Source of the DNA: Lentisphaerota bacterium
GTDB taxonomy: Bacteria; Verrucomicrobiota; Kiritimatiellia; JAAZAB01
Direction of reading: 5' to 3'
Assembly (NCBI GenBank): GCA_020201415.1
Contig: JAIVGW010000228.1
Coordinates: 1-32,103, forward strand
Length of the DNA: 32,103 bases
This document shows, piece by piece, positions 9,559 through 18,283 of this stretch; the stretch's first letter is position 1; each line of letters starts with the position of its first letter. The translations under genes and the position numbers were made by a program. The notes beneath the pieces were generated by a model. It saw only the letters and a list, made by a program, of their open reading frames with translations, was not told the DNA's origin and made no database searches.

Positions 9559-11946
9559 TTAGACGGCATCAGGGCACGGTAATCGGTTTTGCCCGTGCCC
9601 AGCAGCGGTATCTCGTCCACACGGACAACCCGGCGAATATTGTGCAGGGCGGAAAACGCCTTCCGCATCCCGCACCACCAGATCGCCCGTGTGATAATAA
9701 GCCAGCCCGTCCACCGTGACAAAAGGCGATGGACCGTCGTATTTCAAATACCCGCCGAACACACTGGGACCACGCACCAGCAGGACGCCCTGTTCACCGG
9801 AAGCACAATCCTTGCGCAAAGCTTCGTCCATAATGCGAAATTCCAAAGACGGCATGATCCGGCCAATGGACAGCGGCACCGGCTGTTCCGGACGATTGAC
9901 CGCCACCACCGGCGAACACTCGGTAATGCCGTAGCCCTCGAGCACCTGCAGGCCGGGACAGGTTTCACGCAGAACCCGGTAAACCCGTTCGGGGCATTTT
10001 TCCGCGCCGGTAACCGCCAGCCGCAGCGTGGCCAGATCCTCCGGCAGCGCCCCCTTCAGAATGCCGTTGAGGAAGGTCGGCGTGCCCGGCAAGGCGGTCA
10101 CCCCGTAAAGGGCAATCATCTTGGCCAGCGAGCCGCCCTCGGTCGGATTGGGATGATAGACGGTCCTTACGCCGGTCAACATTGGCAGAATCACCGTCAG
10201 CGTGAGCCCGAAAGAATGGAAGGGCGGCAGGAAGGCAATCATGACATCGTCATCGCGCAGGGCCTTGATCGACGTAATATCCCTGATGTTGGTCAGAACA
10301 TTCACATGGGTCAAGGGCACGGCCTTGGGAAAACTTTCCGAACCGCTGGTGAACAGGATCACGGCGGGATCATCAGGCACATCCGCCGCCAGCTGGCGCC
10401 AGGAACAATGGGAGCGACAGCGGGCCCACAGCTTGGCCGGCAGGGAGATCCTGTCCGCCACATCTTCCAGGAAAACGAATTTCCGTTCGGCCGCCCCGAA
10501 GGCCAGGCCCTGTGACTGCAACTTTTCGGTCAACTTGCGTGCCGTGACAATGCTCTGCAAGCCCAGCAGATCCGCCAGGTAATTGATATTGCGCTCGCCC
10601 AGGGTCCAGTTCAACATCACCGGAATCTTGCCCGCAAACAGCGTGGCCAGATACAACACGGTGGCTGCCGTCGAAGCCGGTAACATCAGTCCGAGACGCT
10701 CCCCCGGCAAACGACGCAGGTGCGGCTGCAGAACCAGAATTGCCGTAATGATGTCGCGGTAACTGCGCACGCCGGAATTCTGGTCGGCGATCACCGGCGC
10801 ATCCGGCCGGACGGCGGCCTGGGCCAGAAAGACGGCCGCAATATTATCTCCCGCCGGCGCCGCCGCCGGACGTCCTGCGGCGGCCATTTTGAACCAACGC
10901 CGGGGCACAGCCCGCAACCAGGCCGCCTGGTCGGCCAGGGCCTGTCCGGACGCCGCCGCCAGCACATCGGCTACCGTTTCCAACATATCGGGATTGGGCA
11001 CACTGAATCCAAACTCCCGCTCGATCCACCCCACCAATTCCAGACGTGCAAGCGAATCCAGCCCGAGGTCGGCGGCCAGACGGCGGTCGGGCCGCATTTC
11101 TCCCCGGCCGGACATATCCTCCAGTTGGTCATAAACTATTTTGCGCAGGGTCGGCGTGATATCCGGAGCATCCGGCGCCGCCGCGCGCCGGGCAGGCTCC
11201 GGCAGCTTGCGCAAGCCACCCCGCTCCCAAAAACGATAAGGCACATAGGTGTTGGAGGGTGGATCGGCATTCAGCGCCTGCTCCAGCCAGGTGTTGATCG
11301 CTGAGCGGCCGCCCTCCCGGGGGAAATCCCGCGGCTCCCAGACCCGTACGTCCACCCGCCGGCGCGGCATGCAGAACAGACCGTTGATAAAAAGCAACCA
11401 AAGCGCCCGGCGCAACCCCTGAATCAGGTCCGGATGGGAGCCCGCAGCGCGCGAGAACATGCTGCCCCACAGGCCGCGCACGCGTACCAGCACCACCCTG
11501 GCGGACGGCGCCTGCCGCAGGATGGTTTCCACCGCGCTGTTGGCGCCGATTTCCTCCAGGCAGCCGCGCAACAAGTGGCCGGCCGGATAAAGCATGACAT
11601 TGCCGCCCTGCTGTAAATGCTCCGCACATTCCTCCAGAGCCTGCGCCACGCCGTCCCTGACCCCGGCGCCGTGCCGCACGGCATCCGGCAGACGGATGGC
11701 CCCGAAAAAATCGGCGAGCGGCCCCAGCACAGGGCCGGCAACGCGATCGGTATCCGCCAGAACCCGGTAACGGAAGCGCGGATACAGCCGACTCAACAGG
11801 ATGGCCGGATCAATCAAGGCCGGGTGTGATGCCAGCAGCAGAATGCCGCCGCGGCCGGCAGCCTGCACATCGTCCAAGCCTTGCACACGCACACGATAGC
11901 GCAACGCAATCAGCAGCCGCGCCAGACCGCACAACAGCAATCTCAT
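9559..11946 (-). CDS. aas: Aas-like tri-domain protein: lysophospholipid acyltransferase (PlsC-type) + carrier (ACP-like) domain + acyl-AMP/ACP synthetase; C-terminus disrupted
   Basis: The start MRLLLCG at 11946 forms an ATGA overlap with the lplT stop. The first 116 codons of the track ORF overlap lplT and are not coding. Motifs present: HxxxxD (SHPALID), carrier-domain serine (LGLDSLARLE), ANL motifs TSGSESFPKAV, EGYGITE and YHTGDL. After GDLVVRDAEGVF the frame becomes non-homologous. The canonical tail is in another frame (see findings). Confidence 0.85.
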   Translation of the reverse strand: MRLLLCGLARLLIALRYRVRVQGLDDVQAAGRGGILLLASHPALIDPAILLSRLYPRFRYRVLADTDRVAGPVLGPLADFFGAIRLPDAVRHGAGVRDGVAQALEECAEHLQQGGNVMLYPAGHLLRGCLEEIGANSAVETILRQAPSARVVLVRVRGLWGSMFSRAAGSHPDLIQGLRRALWLLFINGLFCMPRRRVDVRVWEPRDFPREGGRSAINTWLEQALNADPPSNTYVPYRFWERGGLRKLPEPARRAAAPDAPDITPTLRKIVYDQLEDMSGRGEMRPDRRLAADLGLDSLARLELVGWIEREFGFSVPNPDMLETVADVLAAASGQALADQAAWLRAVPRRWFKMAAAGRPAAAPAGDNIAAVFLAQAAVRPDAPVIADQNSGVRSYRDIITAILVLQPHLRRLPGERLGLMLPASTAATVLYLATLFAGKIPVMLNWTLGERNINYLADLLGLQSIVTARKLTEKLQSQGLAFGAAERKFVFLEDVADRISLPAKLWARCRSHCSWRQLAADVPDDPAVILFTSGSESFPKAVPLTHVNVLTNIRDITSIKALRDDDVMIAFLPPFHSFGLTLTVILPMLTGVRTVYHPNPTEGGSLAKMIALYGVTALPGTPTFLNGILKGALPEDLATLRLAVTGAEKCPERVYRVLRETCPGLQVLEGYGITECSPVVAVNRPEQPVPLSIGRIMPSLEFRIMDEALRKDCASGEQGVLLVRGPSVFGGYLKYDGPSPFVTVDGLAYYHTGDLVVRDAEGVFRPAQYSPGCPCGRDTAAGHGQNRLPCPDAV

Positions 11947-13138
11947 AATCCGCCCCCCGCTGCCCGCAGACAATGCGCCAACCGAGCGGCGAATGCCAGC
12001 GTCAGCAATCCCAGCACACCAACCGCCACGGTGGGCTGTAACATGATATTCAACAGATACAGCAGGCCGGCGCCCAGCGTCATGCCGGCAAACACCGCGA
12101 AATTTGCCGCGGCAATCACCCGCCCCCTGGCCGCGGGCGCCGGCCGGATCTGCACGAAACATTCCAACGGCACCAGGGCCACGCCGCCGGCAACCCCCGT
12201 CAGGGCCAACAAGAAAACCGTCAAACGGATCAGGACAACACCCGTGCAAAACAAGGGCAGCAGTCCGACAACCGCCAGACATACGCCCATGCACAGGTAG
12301 ATGGGCACAAAAACCGCGAAAAACCGGCGCCCCCGGGCCAAAACATTACTCAACAAGCCTCCCAACGCCACGCTGAAGAGAAACACGATCTTCATGCCGG
12401 CGGTCAGGGAAGGCGAAAGCCCGAACTGGCTGATTCCCAGGTTGACCATCAGTAGCGTCAACACCGCCGCCATCGACCACATGTACACCTGGCCCTGTAC
12501 GCAGGTTGCCAGCAGACGGTCGCGCCGGATGCGGGCCAGTTCACGTATGGATTCCAAAGGACCGCACCAGGGAAAACCGTCCTTGAGCGGACTGGGCGCA
12601 ATCCGCGGCGCGGCCAGGGCCACCACCAGGCCGACCAAGGCGGCGAAGATGACAAAAACGCCCACCAGCAGAAGACCCAGGGGCACTTCAAACCAGGCCG
12701 GAGCACGCAGATCCATCAGGTAACCCGCCAGCGCCATGCCGGAAAAAATCGCCGATGTCGCCAGCACCCGCACCACGGTGTTGGCCGGTTGCACCTGGGC
12801 CTCGGCGAAAAGTTCGGGAATCGATCCGTTCAAAGCCGGACTGAACACCGCCGACTGCGCGCCCATCAGGCCGACCATCGTCAAGATCAGCCACCAGTTG
12901 CCGGTCCAGATACCGATGGCGCCCACCAGCATGGCAGCCAGTTCGACGGCCTTGGCGGCGATGATCACCCGCCCCTTGGCATGGCGATCGGCCCACCAGC
13001 CGCCCGGCGCGGCCGCCAGCATGTAAACGCCGCCTCCTTGTAGAAGTTGTCGTTGAACAACCCCATGAAGTAACTGACGGCGATGGCGGCAAAACTGCGC
13101 CGGGCCGCGCCGGCCGATCTTTGCGGTTTGTCGCCCAT
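11943..13138 (-). CDS. lplT: MFS lysophospholipid transporter (LplT-like); frame break near the N-terminus
   Basis: Multi-TM MFS protein with the motif-A-like APGGWWADRHAKGRVII, located immediately upstream of aas as in the E. coli lplT-aas operon. The N-terminus (MGDKPQRSAGAARRSFAAIAVSYFMGLFNDNFYKEAAF, ATG at 13138) is in a different frame from the main body (11943-13025). Confidence 0.7.
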
Positions 13139-13414
13139 AATTCCCGTGATATTCAAAATATGGAATAAAACCGCCGGAAGGCGCGCTGCACAATGCGGCG
13201 GATGCAATTATTCTAGCCTGTTAAACGGCCGCTGTCCAGAATTCATCACTATTGAAACCACCCAGCAAGTCCACGCCTGCAGTCCAAGCAAATATAACAA
13301 TATGACCAACAACAAAAATATGGTTGAATTTCTCCGTGCTTTTTAAGACGATTAATTGATATGCCGTCGCCAGGGACGGCGCCCGTTTTTTTGCCAGGAA
13401 AGGAGGAGCGGCCC

Positions 13415-14752
13415 ATGCATAAAGGCCAGGAAACAACCACGGACAAATTCCATCCTGCCAGCGCCCCGGATTTCCTTCCGCGGCCGCAACTGCGCGACCT
13501 GCAATACACGCGTCTGCGCGGCATGGTCGAACATGCCTACCGGAACGTGGCACACTTCAGGGAACGCATGCGCGGACTGGGTTTGACACCCGCTGATCTG
13601 CGTTCGCTGCCGGATCTCACGCACCTGCCCTTCACCGTCAAGACCGATCTGCGCGACAACTATCCCTACGGGCTGTTTGCTGTGCCCCTCGACAAGGTGG
13701 TACGCCTGCACGCCTCCAGCGGCACTACCGGCAAGCCGATCGTCGTGCCATACACCCGGGCGGACATCAAGGTCTGGAGCGAAGTCATGGTGCGCACCTT
13801 CGCCGCCTGCGGGCTGCATGCCGGCGACGTGGTGCAGAACGCCTATGGGTACGGATTGTTCACCGGGGGTCTGGGCGCCCATTACGGCGCGGAAGCTCTG
13901 GGCGCCACCGTGATTCCGATCTCCGGCGGCAACACCGAGCGTCAAATCATGGTGCTCAAGGATTTCAACACCACCGCCATCTGCTGCACACCCAGTTACT
14001 TCCTGCACCTTTCGGAGCGGGCGCTGGAGCAGGGCATTGACTTCCGCCAGCTGCCTTTGCGGGTGGGCGTTTTCGGCGCCGAGCCCTGGACCGAGGCCAT
14101 GCGCCGGCGGATTGAGGAAGAAACCGGCATCCGTGCCTATGACATTTATGGACTTTCTGAGATCATCGGGCCCGGCGTGGGCATCGAATGCACGGCACAT
14201 GACGGACTGCACATCTTTGAAGACCACTTCTACCCTGAGATTGTCGATCCGCAGACCGGCCAGCCTTTGCCGGACGGCCAGGAGGGCGAGCTGGTGCTGA
14301 CCACCCTCAGCAAGCAGGCCATGCCGATGATCCGTTACCGCACCCGCGACATCACCACCCTGATGGCCGAGCCCTGCTCCTGCGGCCGCACCATCCGCCG
14401 CATCCGGCGCATTTCCCGCCGGAGCGATGACATGTTCATCATCCGTGGCGTGAACATCTATCCCTCCCAGGTCGAAACAGCCCTGCTGAACGCCGAAGGG
14501 ACCCTGCCGCATTATCAGATCGTGCTGACACGGGAGAAGGATCTGGATCGCATGGAAGTGCAGGTGGAAGTCACGCCCGAGGTCTTCAGCGACCGTATTG
14601 GCGCACTGGAAAAACTCAACACCAAACTGCTCAAATCGCTGGAGCAGGTGCTGAACATCCGGGTGGATGTGCGCCTGGTGGCGCCGCGCACCATTCAACG
14701 CAGTGAAGGCAAGGCCAAGCGCGTACTGGACCAGCGCCAGACCGCCGGTTAA
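13415..14752 (+). CDS. paaK: Phenylacetate-CoA ligase (PaaK family adenylating enzyme)
   Basis: Start MHKGQ at 13415 has AGGAGG 8 nt upstream. Motifs present: SSGTTGKP, YGYGLFTGG, FGAEPWTE, YGLSE, YRTRD, SDDMFIIRGVN and a C-terminal GKAKRV. Full PaaK length of 445 aa. Confidence 0.85.
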   Translation: MHKGQETTTDKFHPASAPDFLPRPQLRDLQYTRLRGMVEHAYRNVAHFRERMRGLGLTPADLRSLPDLTHLPFTVKTDLRDNYPYGLFAVPLDKVVRLHASSGTTGKPIVVPYTRADIKVWSEVMVRTFAACGLHAGDVVQNAYGYGLFTGGLGAHYGAEALGATVIPISGGNTERQIMVLKDFNTTAICCTPSYFLHLSERALEQGIDFRQLPLRVGVFGAEPWTEAMRRRIEEETGIRAYDIYGLSEIIGPGVGIECTAHDGLHIFEDHFYPEIVDPQTGQPLPDGQEGELVLTTLSKQAMPMIRYRTRDITTLMAEPCSCGRTIRRIRRISRRSDDMFIIRGVNIYPSQVETALLNAEGTLPHYQIVLTREKDLDRMEVQVEVTPEVFSDRIGALEKLNTKLLKSLEQVLNIRVDVRLVAPRTIQRSEGKAKRVLDQRQTAG

Positions 14753-14787
14753 AAAAATGTAAACCAGCCAGGCCGGAGGAACCAACC

Positions 14788-15228
14788 ATGAAGATCAAGC
14801 AATTATCGGTATTTCTGGAAAACAAACCCGGACAGCTCTCCGGGCCCTGCCGCGTCCTGGCGGACGCCGGCATCAATATAATCACCATGTCGCTGGCCGA
14901 CACCCAGCAGTTCGGCATTCTACGCCTGGTGGTGCGCGAGTGGCAAAAGGCCCGCGACCTGCTGGAGCAATCGGGCTGTGTAGTCAAGACCACCGAAGTG
15001 CTGGCGCTGGAAGTGCCAGACCGGCCGGGCGGACTGGCCGATGTGGTCAATGTGCTCGACCAGAACTCCATCAACATCGAATACATGTACGCCTTCACCT
15101 TCGGCCGCGGCGACCAGGCAGTGATTGTCTTCCGGTTTGAGGATGTGGATGCCGCCCTGGAAGCCCTGCGCCGGAGCAAGGTGGGGCTGTTGGACTCGGA
15201 AGATCTCTGCCGGCTTTCGGAACGCTGA
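14788..15228 (+). CDS. ACT domain-containing protein (tandem ACT)
   Basis: 146 aa with GGAGGAA upstream. There are two beta-alpha-beta-beta-alpha-beta-like halves (VFLENKPGQL..., LEVPDRPGGL...), typical of the small ACT proteins often encoded next to paaK. Confidence 0.75.
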   Translation: MKIKQLSVFLENKPGQLSGPCRVLADAGINIITMSLADTQQFGILRLVVREWQKARDLLEQSGCVVKTTEVLALEVPDRPGGLADVVNVLDQNSINIEYMYAFTFGRGDQAVIVFRFEDVDAALEALRRSKVGLLDSEDLCRLSER

Positions 15229-15272
15229 CCGATGGCCGGGCGGACTGCCCGCGGTATTTTTGGGTTTTATTC

Positions 15273-16418
15273 ATGAGCATTGTCTCGGAAATGGAAAACC
15301 GTGTCTGGAGCAGGGAAGAACTCATGCCCCGGCCGGAATTGCGGGCACTGCAGTTGCAGCGGTTGCGCGATTGCGTGGAGCGGGTCAGCCGGGTGCCGTT
15401 TTACCGCGAGGCACTAAACCGCAACGGCACAACCAGTGAGGCCCTGCGCGGCCTGGATGACTTGCGGCGGCTGCCGCTGACCACCAAGGAGGATCTGCGC
15501 CGCAATTATCCCTTCGGCCTGTTTGCCGTGCCGCGCGAACAACTGGTGCGCCTGCACGGTTCATCCGGCACCACGGGCAAACCGACCATCGTGGGTTACA
15601 CTGCCGACGATCTGGACAACTGGTCAACTTTATGCGCGCGTTTCCTGCCCAGTTATGCATTGAACCTGGCCGAGGCGGCGGCGGCGCAAGGTACTGATCC
15701 TCGTTCACTGGCGCTACGGTTCGGACACTTCGGCGCCGAACCCTGGACCGAGGACATGCGCTGCCGGATCGAACTGGCTTTCGGCCTGCACGCCTTCAAC
15801 AATTACGGCCTGAGTGAAGTCACGGGGCCCGGCGTCAGCGGCGAATGCTGCCGGCGGAACGGCATGCATATCCAGGAAGATCATTTCCTGGTGGAATGCC
15901 TGGACCCGGACACACTGGAACCGGTGCGGCCCGGCACCCCGGGCGAACTGGTGATCACCACCCTGACCAAACAGGCCATACCGCTGCTGCGCTACCGTAC
16001 CCGCGACATCACCACTTTGGACGACAGCCCCTGCGCATGCGGCCGCACGGGCATGCGCATGGCGCGCGTCATCGGCCGTTCGGACGATATGCTGATCGTG
16101 CGCGGCGTCAACGTCTTTCCCTCGCAGATCGAGGAAGCCCTGCTGCGCGTTGACGGCACCGCGCCCCACTACCAGATTGAGGTTGACCGGCCGGGAGCGC
16201 TGGATGAAATGACCATCCGGGTGGAAATGCGTCCGGAAAAATTCACCGACAGTTTCGCCGCCCTGGAACAGTTGCGGCGTGATATCAGTCGTACCGTCAG
16301 TTCGATCGCCGGATTGCACGCCAAGATCGAACTGGTCAAACCGCAAACCTTGGAAAGGTTCGAAGGCAAAGCCCGGCGTGTCTTTGACCGACGCCGCGAA
16401 CCGGGACGGGGCCCATGA
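15273..16418 (+). CDS. Phenylacetate-CoA ligase paralogue lacking an internal block of ~62 aa
   Basis: Collinear with the first paaK (SSGTTGKP, FGAEPWTE, YGLSE, YRTRD, SDDMLIVRGVN, GKARRV). However, ...STLCARFL joins directly to PSYALNL..., skipping the segment that contains YGYGLFTGG...GGNTERQ in the paralogue. Confidence 0.8.
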   Translation: MSIVSEMENRVWSREELMPRPELRALQLQRLRDCVERVSRVPFYREALNRNGTTSEALRGLDDLRRLPLTTKEDLRRNYPFGLFAVPREQLVRLHGSSGTTGKPTIVGYTADDLDNWSTLCARFLPSYALNLAEAAAAQGTDPRSLALRFGHFGAEPWTEDMRCRIELAFGLHAFNNYGLSEVTGPGVSGECCRRNGMHIQEDHFLVECLDPDTLEPVRPGTPGELVITTLTKQAIPLLRYRTRDITTLDDSPCACGRTGMRMARVIGRSDDMLIVRGVNVFPSQIEEALLRVDGTAPHYQIEVDRPGALDEMTIRVEMRPEKFTDSFAALEQLRRDISRTVSSIAGLHAKIELVKPQTLERFEGKARRVFDRRREPGRGP

Positions 16419-18142
16419 AACAGACCACACCCATCGACCTGGAACGCCAATCATCGGCCGTGACACTTTCCGATATGGAAATATTCGTTTTCCCGGAACT
16501 GCTCTACAGTCTGTTGCTGGCCAATCTGATGTCGCCGCGCATCTGGTTGTGGCGGCAGGACCCCTGGTTCAAAAACATCGATAAGATGAAGCCATACCGG
16601 CGGATTCAGCGGCTGAAACAATACATTATGGATCATTACGCCTTCAATCTGGATTTGAACACCTGGGGCCTGACAACCCAGGCCCGGGAACTGGCGCGTT
16701 TCCGGAACTTTATCGATGCGGAAGCATTGCAAAAATCCAATGCCTTGTTCGGCTATGAAGGCGATCGCTATTACTTCGACATCGACATCCGCACCCATTT
16801 CGGTCTGGATCAATATGACGGCGAGTGCATCCCCTACTGGAAGACCGAAACGGTGGAGGCCATGGATGCCTTTCGCTACCGGGACGGGTTTCAGACGGGC
16901 GCCGGCGAATGCGTCTCGCTTTCTGTGTTATATGCAGCGGCGCTTTTCATTATTTGCCGCATCCCCCTGCAAGACATCTTCATGCTCGCCACACCGCTGC
17001 ATTCGCAGAATTTCATCGATCTGGACGACGGCATCCTTACCAACAACCGGCGGCTGGTGACCAAGACCATGTGGTTCAACGGAACCGCGCTTTCAGCCCA
17101 GGCCCGGCGCGCCCTGGAAAACGAACAGGTAACCATTGTTGCCCATGAAAGCGGGCATATCCATGTATTTTACGATCAGGCCACGATCCAGCCCGCCGCT
17201 TACGCAAGATTTTGCAAACGCCTGCGCCATTTTCTGCGCACGGAATTGAACACGGAAATTCTCGGCAACTTCCTGCGCCACAGCCGGGAATTCCAGAAAT
17301 GCTTCCAGATCCGCTGGCCTATTCACGGCCATGATCATCATGCGCGCCTTGACCGCGTGTTTGACTACGAACAGGACAGCCCGGCCCGGCTGACCGACGC
17401 TTCCCGTCCGCGCCTGATGGCGGACATAGACACGGAAGAGTTCCAGCTGCAACCGCTGCCGGGCTGTATCATGTTTAACGACCTGGAGGAATTCATACGA
17501 CAACACCGCCTGGATTTCTCGCTGGCAACCGACATGGACAAGCTGCGCCGACGCTTTTCTTCCGACTGCCTCAATGCCGCCATAGCCATCGAAAACCTGA
17601 TCAAATTCTGCCATGTGCAACCGCGGCTGCCGGATCTGGCAGCCAAGACCGCCGTCGACGCCGGACCCGCTCTGGAACTGCACCCTGAAATGGAGCGCGA
17701 CGACCTGGTGGAACGCCTGACGCGACTGGCGCCGCACCATGCCGCCGCGGCCCTGGCCCTGCATGCCTATCGCAATCTGAACCTGGTGCCGGACCAGCCA
17801 TTCCTGAAGGCGGCCATGGAACGCAATCCGGTGTCTTTGACGGCCACGGCCGAAATGCCCCTGGCGGAATTATTCAAACGGCTGGAGGCCATGCCGGACA
17901 TCTCGATTTATGACGGCCCCGGCCGGCTGGCCCAGCCTGATGAAGTCTGGAACTTCCAACGGGGCGACGGCGTGGAAAAAGCGTTGCTTCTGGCCCATTG
18001 TCTGCGCCACCGTCAGCCTTCCGCATCCCTGGAAATCAACATCGCGCCCGACCGGGCCGATTTGAACTCGCCGGCCGGCACGTGGCGCTTCCAATCCACC
18101 AAGCAGCTTTCCCCGCGCTGCTGGACCTGGCCCGGGGCTTGA
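16415..18142 (+). CDS. Hypothetical 575-aa protein, possible transglutaminase-like (Cys-His-Asp) fold
   Basis: Its ATG overlaps the paaK-paralogue stop (ATGA at 16415-16418). GAGECVSLSVLYAAALFIICRIP...PLHSQNFIDLDDG resembles a transglutaminase-like core (Cys166, His196, Asp202/204). This assignment is tentative. Confidence 0.6.
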   Translation: MKQTTPIDLERQSSAVTLSDMEIFVFPELLYSLLLANLMSPRIWLWRQDPWFKNIDKMKPYRRIQRLKQYIMDHYAFNLDLNTWGLTTQARELARFRNFIDAEALQKSNALFGYEGDRYYFDIDIRTHFGLDQYDGECIPYWKTETVEAMDAFRYRDGFQTGAGECVSLSVLYAAALFIICRIPLQDIFMLATPLHSQNFIDLDDGILTNNRRLVTKTMWFNGTALSAQARRALENEQVTIVAHESGHIHVFYDQATIQPAAYARFCKRLRHFLRTELNTEILGNFLRHSREFQKCFQIRWPIHGHDHHARLDRVFDYEQDSPARLTDASRPRLMADIDTEEFQLQPLPGCIMFNDLEEFIRQHRLDFSLATDMDKLRRRFSSDCLNAAIAIENLIKFCHVQPRLPDLAAKTAVDAGPALELHPEMERDDLVERLTRLAPHHAAAALALHAYRNLNLVPDQPFLKAAMERNPVSLTATAEMPLAELFKRLEAMPDISIYDGPGRLAQPDEVWNFQRGDGVEKALLLAHCLRHRQPSASLEINIAPDRADLNSPAGTWRFQSTKQLSPRCWTWPGA

Positions 18143-18283
18143 TGAGTGCAAGGTAGGTATTGCCCTTTACCGGATATTATGGAATAATAATGAAGTTTGA
18201 AATATCTGGCGGTATCGGAACAGCCTGCCGGACAGCATGGCGGGCATGTGACCGCTGGACGTGCAAATCGAGTAAAAATCAAT

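Noticed and set aside
11947-12294. N-terminal extensions of track ORFs: the first 116 codons of 9559..12294, 101 codons of 27200..28540, 26 codons of 3007..4086, 19 codons of 8297..9481 and 18 codons of 13361..14752.
   Set aside because: Internal starts have better RBS or ATGA-coupling contexts and coincide with the start of family homology. The extensions overlap upstream genes or intergenic DNA.
13352-14785. Long antisense ORFs opposite real genes. Examples: 13352..14785 -, 4026..4889 +, 8387..9217 +, 9589..10515 +, 15714..16466 -, 17093..17764 -, 18922..19719 -, 19840..20631 -, 24765..25586 -, 26460..27839 +, 27293..28408 +, 28318..29823 +.
   Set aside because: These are typical high-GC shadow frames. 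Their translations are Arg/Gly/Pro/His-rich and lack family motifs, whereas the opposite strand in each case encodes a protein with clear conserved motifs.
15229-15272. GC stem plus TATTTTT between the ACT gene and the second paaK, considered as an internal terminator.
   Set aside because: I can pair only a 4-bp stem, and the genes are 44 nt apart and probably co-transcribed.
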